A stretch of DNA of 32,669 bases, from contig BTVV01000066.1 in NCBI GenBank assembly GCA_045863855.1, positions 1 to 32,669 of the forward strand. The letters run 5' to 3'. The DNA comes from Planctomycetota bacterium (GTDB taxonomy: Bacteria; Planctomycetota; SZUA-567; H5-PLA8). A model generated the notes under the pieces. That model was not told where the DNA came from, searched no databases, and saw only the letters and a program-made list of their open reading frames with translations. The translations under genes were made by a program, and so were the position numbers. Each line of letters starts with the position of its first letter. The stretch's first letter is position 1. This document shows, one piece after another, positions 9,117 to 18,407 of this stretch.

Positions 9117-10169
9117 GTGAACGAGACGCCCGCGCCGGTCGCGGCGCAAACCGAGGCCTGGGACTTCACGGCCTTCCCGCGCGAACGCTACGGCGAACTG
9201 CGCCGCGTGCCGCTCAAGCTGCGCCTGGGCTCCTTTGAAGCCGACCTCATGGGCTGGGGCTTCATCGACGGCACCAAGCCCTGGCGCAATTACCTCCACG
9301 CGCACAGCTACTTCGAAATCTGCTACGCCTTCCGCGGGCGCGGCATCTTTCGCATGCTCGGCATCGATTATCCCGTCGCGGCCGGCGACGTCTTCATCGC
9401 CAAGCCGCGCGAAGAACACGAGATTCTCGCCGACGAGGCCGATCCGCTGGGCATCCACTTCTGGTCCTACACGCTCCTCTCCGAAGTCACGCCCTCCGCC
9501 GAAACGCTGCTCAATCCGCAGACCCGCGCGCAGCACGAAGCCATCGACAAGCTGCTCCATGCGTTCATGGCCTCGAAGCGCTGGGTCAGCCGCCGTGTCC
9601 CAGGTATGGACCGCACGCTGCAGCTTCTCACCGAGGAAATTCTGCGCAGCGAGCCCGGTTACGTGGGCGTCATCGAGGGGCTGGTCAAGAAGCTCCTGCT
9701 CGATACGGCCCGCGCGGCGGTGGAGGATATCCTGCCCGGCGAACACGTCGCACCCGAATCGCGCGATCCGCTGCAGGCACTCATCGAACAGGCGCGGCGC
9801 TACATGCGCGACAACTACGGGCGCATCCAGAACGTGCACGAGATCGCCGCGCAAGTAAACCTCAGCGAGCGCCACTTCACGCGCGTCTTCCACAAGGCCA
9901 CGGGCCAAAGCCCGCTCGACGCGCTCACCGCGCTGCGTATGGAAGCCGCCGCGCAGAAGCTCATCGACCGCCGCCTGCCCATCAAGGATATCGCCGCGCA
10001 AGTGGGCTACCCCGATGTGCGCTACTTCACCACCGTCTTCCGCAAGCAGATGGGCCTCCCGCCCGCCCAGTTCCGCGCGCGCGGCGGCACACGCTTCCAG
10101 GATCCGGCCCGCGACCGCCGCCAACTCCCCGGCCATGTCGTGAAAGAACCGCCGCCCGCCCGTTCATGA
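9117..10169 (+). CDS. AraC-family transcriptional regulator with N-terminal cupin domain
   Basis: Cupin motif HAHSYFEICY...EEH; C-terminal double HTH (LSERHFTRVFHKATG; IAAQVGYPDVRYFTTVFRKQMG). TAGAAT ends 6 nt before the GTG. Confidence 0.93.
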   Translation: MNETPAPVAAQTEAWDFTAFPRERYGELRRVPLKLRLGSFEADLMGWGFIDGTKPWRNYLHAHSYFEICYAFRGRGIFRMLGIDYPVAAGDVFIAKPREEHEILADEADPLGIHFWSYTLLSEVTPSAETLLNPQTRAQHEAIDKLLHAFMASKRWVSRRVPGMDRTLQLLTEEILRSEPGYVGVIEGLVKKLLLDTARAAVEDILPGEHVAPESRDPLQALIEQARRYMRDNYGRIQNVHEIAAQVNLSERHFTRVFHKATGQSPLDALTALRMEAAAQKLIDRRLPIKDIAAQVGYPDVRYFTTVFRKQMGLPPAQFRARGGTRFQDPARDRRQLPGHVVKEPPPARS

Positions 10170-10388
10170 CGGTAGATCGATACTTGAAGGCCGAAAAACA
10201 AACCTCCCGCTTTAAGTTTTTAAGTTCTTTGAAATCATATACTTATATCGTGCGTCCGATTTTTCAACATCCGTGTCTGGCCGCTCTAATCCCCATCGCC
10301 GCCCCGGCAAGGTATGGATAAGGGAACGGCGCGCATGGGCGCGTCCGAAAACTCAAACGATGCGAATCGCTCGAAGGAGAGTTCATCG

Positions 10389-11234
10389 ATGGCCATGCTC
10401 GAAGCCACCTTGGATCGCAAACTGCGGCACCTCACCGAGGAGCAAGTCGCGTTCTACCACGAGCACGGCTACCTCCGCATTCCCAACGTCTTCACGCCCG
10501 AAGAAATGAACGCGCTCGACCGCGATCTGATGTACCTCATCGAAACCTACGCCACCGACGGCGCCGGCTGGACCGGACCGTGGCGCAAGGTCTACATGGA
10601 CGCCGCCACCGAGAAGAAGTCCAAGCTGATCGCCATGCACGACCTTCAGTTCTTCTGCGAATCCTGGATGCGCGCCGTCACCAACGAACGCCTCTGCGAC
10701 GCCATGGCCGATCTGCTCGGACCCAACGTCGAACTCCACCACAGCACCCTGCACGCCAAGCCGCCCGAGACCGGGCATCCGTTCCCGATGCACCAGGATT
10801 GGGCCTTCTACAAACACAAGGACGGCCGCTACGTCGACGTGCTCGTGCACCTGGACGACACCTGCCACGCCAACGGCGAAATCCGCTTCATGGACGGCAG
10901 CCACAAATTCGGCGCGCTGGAACACATCACCCAGACGCCCGACGGTCCCTGCACGCCGCACCTGCCCACCGACCAATACAATCTGAAGGACACCGTGGCC
11001 GTGCCCGCCAAGCGCGGCGACGTGGTGGTCTTCAACATCCACACGATTCACGGCAGCCACATCAACGTGACCGACAAGGTCCGCCGCCTCGTCCGCGTCG
11101 GCTACCGCGATCCGCAGAACGAGCAGCAGGGCGGGCAGTCGCTGGGCCGCCCCGGCCTGATGGTCCGCGGCAGCCGCCCCAAGGGCTCGCTCCCTGGCGC
11201 TCAGTTTACCGCGCCGAAGTTCGTCGAAGAGTAA
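10389..11234 (+). CDS. Phytanoyl-CoA dioxygenase (PhyH) family Fe(II)/2-oxoglutarate dioxygenase
   Basis: HQD, IHGS and distal RR motifs; LTEEQVAFYHEHGYL N-terminus; GAAGGAG SD before ATG 10389. Confidence 0.92.
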   Translation: MAMLEATLDRKLRHLTEEQVAFYHEHGYLRIPNVFTPEEMNALDRDLMYLIETYATDGAGWTGPWRKVYMDAATEKKSKLIAMHDLQFFCESWMRAVTNERLCDAMADLLGPNVELHHSTLHAKPPETGHPFPMHQDWAFYKHKDGRYVDVLVHLDDTCHANGEIRFMDGSHKFGALEHITQTPDGPCTPHLPTDQYNLKDTVAVPAKRGDVVVFNIHTIHGSHINVTDKVRRLVRVGYRDPQNEQQGGQSLGRPGLMVRGSRPKGSLPGAQFTAPKFVEE

Positions 11235-11251
11235 GCGCAGGCACAGGCACG

Positions 11252-11292
11252 GCTCGCCGGCACGCACTCGGTGTGTGCCGGCGGGCTTTTTT
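11252..11292 (+). terminator. Intrinsic terminator-like hairpin between the two PhyH genes
   Basis: 16-bp stem GCTCGCCGGCACGCAC/GTGTGTGCCGGCGGGC (2 G-U pairs), 3-nt loop, then TTTTTT. Confidence 0.75.
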
Positions 11293-11310
11293 CGTAAAAG
11301 GGAGACCGCC

Positions 11311-12105
11311 ATGCCGCGCACACTGGAACCCGAAACGGCTACTCTCACCGAACGCTTCGAACGCGACGGCTTCGCCTTCACGCCGCCGATCATCCCCCCG
11401 GACCTCGTGCGCCGCGCCGTCGAACGCATGGACGCGGTGATTCAAGGCGAATACACGACCGGCCATGCCCCGTGCAGCCGCTGCTGGAACCCCGGCGACG
11501 ATCCCCAAAAAATCTGCAAGATCGACAATGCGCAGGTCTGCGATCCCGTGATCCTGGAACTCATCTCGCATCCCGAAATCGGGCGTTGGGCCGCCGAAGC
11601 CACCGGCGCGCGAATGGTGCAGGTCTGGTCCACCCAGTTGCTCTACAAGCCGCCCGGCGGCGAGACGGCCGGCAACGTCGGCTGGCACCAGGACCGCCAG
11701 TACTGGAAGTATTGGGACGGCGAAGTCTTCACCGCCTGGCTGGCGCTGTGCGACATCGCCTCCGAGATCGGTCCGGTGACGTTCGTGCGCGGCTCGCATC
11801 GCTGGGGCGAACTGTCCGGCGGCGATTTCTTCGGCGGCGACTTGAACGTGCTGCGCGGGAAAATGACCATCCCGAACGGCGCCGCATGGGAGGAGATCGA
11901 AGGCCTCCTGCCCGCCGGCGCGATGAGCCTGCACCACCGCCTGACCATCCACGGCAGCGGCCCCAACCGGACCAACCGACCGCGCCGCAGCTTCGCGCTG
12001 CATCTGCGCACCGAAAAATCCAGCCGGGTCGCAAGCGTCCCAGACGGCGGCTACGCCTCGCACCTCGGCGAGCCCGGGTATTGTCCGGTGATTTACCGCG
12101 CCTGA
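11311..12105 (+). CDS. Phytanoyl-CoA dioxygenase (PhyH) family protein
   Basis: FERDGF, KPPG...GWHQD, TAWLAL, GSHRWG, IHGSGPNRTNRPRR; AAGGGAG SD before ATG 11311. Confidence 0.92.
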   Translation: MPRTLEPETATLTERFERDGFAFTPPIIPPDLVRRAVERMDAVIQGEYTTGHAPCSRCWNPGDDPQKICKIDNAQVCDPVILELISHPEIGRWAAEATGARMVQVWSTQLLYKPPGGETAGNVGWHQDRQYWKYWDGEVFTAWLALCDIASEIGPVTFVRGSHRWGELSGGDFFGGDLNVLRGKMTIPNGAAWEEIEGLLPAGAMSLHHRLTIHGSGPNRTNRPRRSFALHLRTEKSSRVASVPDGGYASHLGEPGYCPVIYRA

Positions 12106-12114
12106 AGCGGCGGT

Positions 12115-12861
12115 TCAGCCGACGACCAGCGCGCAATAACGCCCCGGCCCGTGCACGCCGATCGTCAGCGTCTGTTCGATATCGGCCGTCCGGCTCGGCC
12201 CGGTCACCAGCGTCACCGCGCGCGGCAGCGTCGTGCGGTCCAGCGCGCCGCCGGAAACGAACAGCCCCTCGAGGTCCGGGACGATCTGCTCGGCCGTCAG
12301 CACCACCAGTTGGCCTTGGCAGAGCAGCCAGCCGCCGCGCCCGTGCCCGGCCGACGTCAGGTGCGCGATGCTCCCCGTCTCCGCGATGGCCCCCGCGCAA
12401 CCGCCGATAGCCAGATCCCACGGCGCGTTCGGCTCGCGGCCGGCTTGCGCCGCCGCCGAGAGCTCCTCGCGCCAGATCCGCTCGCTCGCGCCGCCATCGA
12501 GCACTTGAATCTTCACGCCGCGCGGCTCCAGCACCGCGCCAAGATCCAACTCGCGCACCAACGGATCGAGACTCACCGCGACGCCCTTGATCTGCCAGCG
12601 CTCCAGCAGCTTCCCAATCTCAGCCCGCGCCTCGTCCATACCCGGCGCGCGCAGCGCCGTACCGCCGACCGTCTGCAAACGCTCGGCAAACCGGACGATC
12701 AAGCCCTCGCGGTCCCCGGCGTCCACCGCCGGCGAAACGGCCACGGACGCCGGTGCGGCATGCGCGTGCGCATGAGCGCCGTGAATCCCCAGCCGCTGCT
12801 CGCGTTGGCGCCGCTCCTGCGAAGTCAGCAGCCGGTCGAGCACTTCGTCGCGGGCACTCAT
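12115..12861 (-). CDS. lutC: Lactate utilization protein C (LUD domain, LutC/YkgG)
   Basis: MSARDEVL start overlaps the lutB stop (ATGA); AIAETGSI, VTGPSRTADIEQTLTIGVHGP. Confidence 0.9.
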   Translation of the reverse strand: MSARDEVLDRLLTSQERRQREQRLGIHGAHAHAHAAPASVAVSPAVDAGDREGLIVRFAERLQTVGGTALRAPGMDEARAEIGKLLERWQIKGVAVSLDPLVRELDLGAVLEPRGVKIQVLDGGASERIWREELSAAAQAGREPNAPWDLAIGGCAGAIAETGSIAHLTSAGHGRGGWLLCQGQLVVLTAEQIVPDLEGLFVSGGALDRTTLPRAVTLVTGPSRTADIEQTLTIGVHGPGRYCALVVG

Positions 12862-14306
12862 GGCTGAGCATCTCCCCGCCGCGCGGCCCATTGCTCGCGG
12901 AAGCTCTGCTGCGCCGGAGCCGCCAAGTCGCGGTCGCGCGTCCAGTTCTTCAGCATCGGCAGCTCGACGTTCGGCACCTGCCCGCCGCACGCCTTCGCGC
13001 GCAGCGCCCAGCGTCCCAGCCGCGTCGCGAAATTCCAAAGCGCCGGCATCCGAGCGGCCATCGAGAAAAGTTTAAAGCTCAGCGCCTCCAGAAACGGACG
13101 CTTCGCCGGAAGCCGCGAAGCCTGCGTCGAACCTTCGACCACCTGGTTCCGCAGCTCCAGCAGCATGTGCGGAATCTCGATCTTCACCGGACAGACCTCG
13201 AAGCACGCGCCGCACAGCGAACTCGCGTACGGCAGCGCCGGCGCCTGCTCCAGCCCCAGGTACTGCGGCGTGATGATCGCGCCGATCGGCCCCGCGTACA
13301 CCCAGCCGTAGCTGTGTCCGCCGGCTTTTTTGTATACGGGGCACGCGTTCAGGCACGCCCCGCAGCGGATGCAGCGCAGCGAACCGTACAACACGTCGTC
13401 GTCGTAGATGCGCGAACGTCCGTTATCGAGCAGGATCACGTGGAACTGCTGCGGGCCTTCCTCGCCTTCGCCGGCCACGCCGGTGAGGAAGTTGGTGTAG
13501 CTCGTCAGCCGCTGTCCTGTCGCGCTGCGCCCCAGCAGCTTCAACAGCACCTGCAAATCGTCGAAGCGCGGCACGATCTTCTCGATGCCCACCACCGCCA
13601 CGTGTATCCGCGGCAGCGACGTGCACAGCGCCGCGTTGCCTTCGTTCTCGACGATCACGATATTGCCCGTCTGCGCGACGGCGAAATTCGCGCCGCTGAT
13701 GCCCATGTCGGCCACCAGAAACTTCGAGCGCAGCGAACGCCGAGCGATCGCGTTCAACCCCGGGATGCCCGCTCCCGGCGGGTTGGTCTCGTGCAGCTCG
13801 CGCTCGAAAATCTCGGCTACCTGCTCCTTCGTCTTATGCACCGCCGGCGCGATGATGTGCGAGGGGTAGTCGTCGTCGAGCTGCAGGATGTACTCGCCCA
13901 AGTCCGTCTCGACGACCTCCAGCCCGCCTTCTTTCAACGCATCGTTGAGGTGAATCTCCTCCGTCGCCATCGACTTCGACTTCACGATTACGCGGACGTT
14001 CTCGTTCTTGGCGATACGTAAAACGTGCTGGTTGGCCTCTTCGGCGTCCCGCGCCCAATGCACCCGCCCGCCGCGCGCGACGACCTGCTCTTCGAACTCC
14101 TCGAGCAACTGCGGCAGACGGTCCAGCGCCTCCTGCTTGATCGCGCGCCCCTGCTCGCGCAGCGCCTCGAAGTCGGGGCGCTCCGATACCGCGTGCGCGC
14201 GGTGCGAAACGAAACGCCCCGTCGCGCCTGTCAGCGCCCGCTGCAAGCGCTCGTCGTTCAACGCCCGGTGCGCGTTCTCTTCGAAGCGGTGGGAAGTCGG
14301 ATGCAT
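12858..14306 (-). CDS. lutB: Lactate utilization protein B (Fe-S, LutB/YkgF)
   Basis: KSKSM, ETDLGEYI, PSHIIAPAVH, ENEGN, RSATGQ, CIRCGACLNACP, SSLCGACFEVCP. Confidence 0.95.
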   Translation of the reverse strand: MHPTSHRFEENAHRALNDERLQRALTGATGRFVSHRAHAVSERPDFEALREQGRAIKQEALDRLPQLLEEFEEQVVARGGRVHWARDAEEANQHVLRIAKNENVRVIVKSKSMATEEIHLNDALKEGGLEVVETDLGEYILQLDDDYPSHIIAPAVHKTKEQVAEIFERELHETNPPGAGIPGLNAIARRSLRSKFLVADMGISGANFAVAQTGNIVIVENEGNAALCTSLPRIHVAVVGIEKIVPRFDDLQVLLKLLGRSATGQRLTSYTNFLTGVAGEGEEGPQQFHVILLDNGRSRIYDDDVLYGSLRCIRCGACLNACPVYKKAGGHSYGWVYAGPIGAIITPQYLGLEQAPALPYASSLCGACFEVCPVKIEIPHMLLELRNQVVEGSTQASRLPAKRPFLEALSFKLFSMAARMPALWNFATRLGRWALRAKACGGQVPNVELPMLKNWTRDRDLAAPAQQSFREQWAARRGDAQP

Positions 14307-14307
14307 C

Positions 14308-15066
14308 TCAGTGCCCCGCCTCCGCGTCCGGAAGCGGCACGCGTCCCGTCAGCAGCTCGGCGATGTGGAACGCTTTGGCGCGAGCGCCGCGCCGCGTCAG
14401 TCCGCCGCCGATATGCAGCAGGCAGCCCGCGTCGCACGCGATCACGCAATCCGCGCCGCCGGCCTCGACCGCTTTCAGCTTCTCGTCCAGCATCGCCTTC
14501 GAGAGATCGGCCATCTTGACGCTGAAGGTCCCGCCGAAGCCGCAGCAGGTCTCTTCGCTCCCCGGCAGCGGGACCAGCGTCGCGCCTTTCACATGCTCCA
14601 GCAGCTTCCGCGGCGTCTCGCGTTCGCCCAGTTCGCGCAGCAAATGGCAGCTCGCGTGATACGCGATCTTGCCCGGGTAGCGCGCGCCGACGTCCGGCCG
14701 CCGCAGCTCGCGCACGATGAACTGAGTCAGTTCGAACGTACGCGCCGTCAGCCGCGCGAGTTCCTTGAACTCCTCGCTCTCCGGCGGAAAGAGTTCCTTG
14801 AAGAAGACCTTGACCATGCTCGTGCACGAACCCGACGGCGAGACGATCGTCTCCGCGTCCTTGAAGACGCGCAGCCAATGCCGCGCCACTTCGCGGGCCT
14901 CGGTTCGGTAGCCGGTGTTGAACGCCGGTTGGCCGCAGCAAGTCTGCTCGAGCGGCACGTGGACTTCGCAGCCGAGCTGTTCCAGCAGCTCCGCCGCGGC
15001 CCACGCCGTCTCGGTCATGACCTGATCGGCCAGGCAGGTGACGAAAAGGGTGACGCGTCGAGGCAT
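14308..15066 (-). CDS. lutA: Lactate utilization protein A (CCG-domain Fe-S protein, LutA/YkgE)
   Basis: LFVTCLAD, QTCCGQP, SGSC, YHASCH, CCGFGGTFSVK, DAGCLLHI. Confidence 0.95.
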   Translation of the reverse strand: MPRRVTLFVTCLADQVMTETAWAAAELLEQLGCEVHVPLEQTCCGQPAFNTGYRTEAREVARHWLRVFKDAETIVSPSGSCTSMVKVFFKELFPPESEEFKELARLTARTFELTQFIVRELRRPDVGARYPGKIAYHASCHLLRELGERETPRKLLEHVKGATLVPLPGSEETCCGFGGTFSVKMADLSKAMLDEKLKAVEAGGADCVIACDAGCLLHIGGGLTRRGARAKAFHIAELLTGRVPLPDAEAGH

Positions 15067-15106
15067 GCGCGCTTCGAAGATTCCGGTGGCCGTGGACGCT
15101 GCGAGG

Positions 15107-16204
15107 TTACGCGCGCCCGCCGCGTTTCGCCAGTTCGTCTTCGAGCTTGCCGATCGACGCCTCGTCCGCCAGCGCGCGGAGTTTCACGCTGAACGACTTC
15201 CGCTCGCCGGGCTTCAGCATCGTCAAGCCGCGCTGCGCCCGCTCGGTCGCGCGCCCCATCACCAGACAATTGGCCGGCTCCAGCCCCACCGTGTACGGCC
15301 CCGCGCCCATCTGCTTCCACTCGATGAACTTCGGCAGCGTCGCCGGATCGTAGTCCACGCACAGCGCCAGGCGCTTGCCCGCGCGTTCGGGGCTCACGAT
15401 CGCCGTCTGCACGCGCCCCTGCGCGTCCGGAATCATCTCGTGAAAGAAGACCTGCTCCGCGTAGCCGGCCTGCGGAGCTTCGAAACGGTCCCACGCCTTC
15501 AGGCCAGGCTTGGCCGTCTCGTCCCGCGGCTCGGTCTTCCTCACCGCCGCCAGCAGCCGCGCGCCGTCGTCAACGACAGGGAAACCCACGTTGATGTGGT
15601 ACAGCAGCAGCAGAGCCGCCTCGGAAAAACCCTCGTTCTCCACCGTGTCCGATAGCTCGATCCAGTCCGCGCCCAGCGCCGTCGAGAGCGTCCGCGTCAG
15701 CGTCAGGTTCGGACCGAAAAGCCCCAGCGCCGTAACCTCGCGCATCTTCCCGCGCAGCCGGATCGCGTACTCGTCGCCCTGCCACTCCTGCTCGACCGAA
15801 ATCTGCTCCGCCGGCGTGTTGTTGATCCGTCCGTGAACCCCGTGCGCGAGCCCGCCGTCCTCGCACGGACCGCCCACATTCTGCAAACCGCACGTGGCCA
15901 AGAGGCCGCTGAAGCTGCGCAGCCAGCCCACGCCCTGCTCCTCATAGAAGGATGGATGCACGTCGCCGCACGGCGCCCGGAATCCCAGCGCCGCGCCGTT
16001 GAAGCTCACGCGCCCCAGGTCCATGGCCCGGTCGAGCAGCACCTCGGCCTCCAGCCCGCCGCCCGTGCGCACGATCGCCGCGCGGCTCCCGCGCGCCGCG
16101 CCGTCGTCGAGCACCACCCGTTCCACGCCGCAAAGCTGCGAAACGTCGCCAACGCGCCGGCGCAACTCGTCCTTCGACCACGACCGCCCGAACACCTGAG
16201 CCAT
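15107..16204 (-). CDS. Aldose 1-epimerase family protein (DUF4432)
   Basis: LDRAMDLG, LATCGL.NVG, HGRINN, LLYHINVGFP, GLEPAN. Confidence 0.85.
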   Translation of the reverse strand: MAQVFGRSWSKDELRRRVGDVSQLCGVERVVLDDGAARGSRAAIVRTGGGLEAEVLLDRAMDLGRVSFNGAALGFRAPCGDVHPSFYEEQGVGWLRSFSGLLATCGLQNVGGPCEDGGLAHGVHGRINNTPAEQISVEQEWQGDEYAIRLRGKMREVTALGLFGPNLTLTRTLSTALGADWIELSDTVENEGFSEAALLLLYHINVGFPVVDDGARLLAAVRKTEPRDETAKPGLKAWDRFEAPQAGYAEQVFFHEMIPDAQGRVQTAIVSPERAGKRLALCVDYDPATLPKFIEWKQMGAGPYTVGLEPANCLVMGRATERAQRGLTMLKPGERKSFSVKLRALADEASIGKLEDELAKRGGRA

Positions 16205-16237
16205 GCCTGCGTTCCTTAATTAGCGCTATGCAATCGA

Positions 16238-18349
16238 CTAGCGCATGAAGCCCGGAGCCAGCCCGCCGTCCACGTTGATCACCTGTCCCGTCGTCTTGTC
16301 GAGCTGATCGCCCACCAGCACGAACGCGGCCTTGGCGATGTCGTCGGGCTCGATCTCTTTGTTCAGCAGCGTACGCTTCGCGTAGAAGGCCGGAAGCTGT
16401 TCCTCCGCGATACCGTACGTCTTGGCGCGGTCCGAACCCCAACCCGATGCGAAGATCCCGCTCCCCTTCACCACCGCGTCGGGATTGATCCCGTTCACCT
16501 TGATCCCCTTCGGCCCCAGTTCGGCGGCCAGCAGGCGGATCTGATGCAACTGCGCCGCCTTCGCGGTGCCGTAAGCGATGTTGTTGGGCTGCGCCACCAC
16601 CCCGTTCTTGCTCGCGATGATCACGATATCCCCGCTCAAGCGCTGCTGCTCGAACTGCCGCGCCGCTTCGCGGCTCACCAAAAAACTTCCGCGCGGCATC
16701 ACGTTGTACTGCAAATCCCAGTCCCGCTCCGTCGTCTCCAGCAGCGACTTCGAGATCGAAAGTCCCGCGTTGTTCACGATCAGGTCCACGCCGCCGAAAG
16801 CCAGCGCCGCGTCCGCGAACCCGCGCACGATATCGTCCGTCTTATTCACGTCGCAGGCCACCGGGAACGCCTGCTCCGGATGCTTCGCGTTGATCTCCTG
16901 AGCGGCCTTCTCGGCGGCCTCCTTGTTCAAGTCCGCGATCACCACGCACGCGCCTTCGCGCGCGTAGCGCGTGGCGATGGCCTTCCCGATCCCGCTTCCC
17001 GCGCCCGTCACGATCGCCACCCGCCGCGCCAGCGTCTTCTCCGCCGGCATGCGCTGCAGCTTCGCCTCCTCCAGCGCCCAGTACTCGATGTTGAACGCTT
17101 CCTGCTCGCTGATCGCCTGGTAACGGCTCACCGTCTCCGCTCCGCGCATCACGTTGATCGCGTTGACGTAAAACTCCGCGCTCACCCGCGACGTCCGCTT
17201 GTCCTTCGCGAAGCTGAACAAACCCACGCCCGGCCAGAGCAAAATCACCGGATCGGCGGGGCGCAGCGCCGGACTGTCCGGATGCTTGCAGCGCGCGTAA
17301 TAAGCCGCGTATTCCTCGCGGTATTTCGCGAACTGGGCGTCGAGCGTCTTGCGCGCGTCCTCCGTCGTCGGATCGGCGTCGGCTTTCAGATCCAGCACCA
17401 CCGGGCAGCGCTTCGTGCGCAGGAAGTGGTCGGGGCAGCTCGTCCCCGTCGCCGCCAGCCGCTCCAAATCCTTCGACTCCAGGAACTGCAACACCGGAGC
17501 GTCGTCGCGGAAATGCCCGATCGTCCGCTTCGTCGTGCTCGTCAGCCCCCGCAGCACCGGCATGATCTTCTTCGCCTGCTCCACGCGCTTCTCGGGCGCC
17601 AGCGATTCGCGCGCCTTGCCGCCAAAAATCTTGACCTTCTTGCTCTTCTCTTCAAGGTACAGCGCCGCCTGCTCGATCGTCGCCAGCGTGTTCTCGTAAC
17701 AGCTCAGCGACGTATCGCCCCACGTAAAGAGCCCGTGACCGCCCAGCACGATCCCGCGCATCTTCGGATTCTTCTTGAAGCATTCCCGCAGCTTCAGGCC
17801 CAGATCGAAGCCCGGACGCTGCCACGGCACCCAGCCCAACTGCCCTTCGAAAAGCTGCTCGGTGATCTTCTCCCCGTCCGCGCACGCGGCGATCGCGATG
17901 ATCGCGTCCGGATGCAGATGATCGACATGCTTGTGCGGCAGGAACGCATGCAGCGGCGTATCGATGCTCGCCGCCGTCTTGTTCAGGTTGAACGTGCAGT
18001 GCGGCAGGTAGCCGACCATCTCGTCTTCCTGCGCCTTGCCGCGGTACAGCTTCTCGAGCGCGTAAAACTTGTCCAGGTACAGGCTCGCGCATCCGCCTTG
18101 CGTCAGCGTGCCCAGGTCGCCGCCGCTCCCTTTCACCCACATCACGTCCACGGGCTCCTGCGTGAGCGGGTCGGTCTCCTTCACCTTCACGCTCGTGTTC
18201 CCGCCGGCGAAATTCGTGAGCCGCAGGTCCGCGCCCAGCCAGTTGCTGCGCTGGATGAACGATGCCACCTCGTCCTTCGGCGCCTTCGCGTCGTCCCACA
18301 GGTAACTCACGTGCTTGTACCGAGCGGCTTTATCGGCGTGGATGGCCAT
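16238..18349 (-). CDS. rhaD: Bifunctional rhamnulose-1-phosphate aldolase / short-chain (lactaldehyde) dehydrogenase (RhaEW/YuxG type)
   Basis: Class II aldolase (GGNTSVK, SIDTPLH, HVDHLHPD, CPDHFLRTK, IEYWALEEAKL) fused to an SDR (TGAGSGIG, NNAG, YGTAK). SD AAAGGA before ATG 18349. Confidence 0.95.
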   Translation of the reverse strand: MAIHADKAARYKHVSYLWDDAKAPKDEVASFIQRSNWLGADLRLTNFAGGNTSVKVKETDPLTQEPVDVMWVKGSGGDLGTLTQGGCASLYLDKFYALEKLYRGKAQEDEMVGYLPHCTFNLNKTAASIDTPLHAFLPHKHVDHLHPDAIIAIAACADGEKITEQLFEGQLGWVPWQRPGFDLGLKLRECFKKNPKMRGIVLGGHGLFTWGDTSLSCYENTLATIEQAALYLEEKSKKVKIFGGKARESLAPEKRVEQAKKIMPVLRGLTSTTKRTIGHFRDDAPVLQFLESKDLERLAATGTSCPDHFLRTKRCPVVLDLKADADPTTEDARKTLDAQFAKYREEYAAYYARCKHPDSPALRPADPVILLWPGVGLFSFAKDKRTSRVSAEFYVNAINVMRGAETVSRYQAISEQEAFNIEYWALEEAKLQRMPAEKTLARRVAIVTGAGSGIGKAIATRYAREGACVVIADLNKEAAEKAAQEINAKHPEQAFPVACDVNKTDDIVRGFADAALAFGGVDLIVNNAGLSISKSLLETTERDWDLQYNVMPRGSFLVSREAARQFEQQRLSGDIVIIASKNGVVAQPNNIAYGTAKAAQLHQIRLLAAELGPKGIKVNGINPDAVVKGSGIFASGWGSDRAKTYGIAEEQLPAFYAKRTLLNKEIEPDDIAKAAFVLVGDQLDKTTGQVINVDGGLAPGFMR

Positions 18350-18407
18350 GATGTCCGTCTTCCTTTGCTGGGCGGAGTTCCCTCCGCCGATTCCGAATGC
18401 ATTCCCG

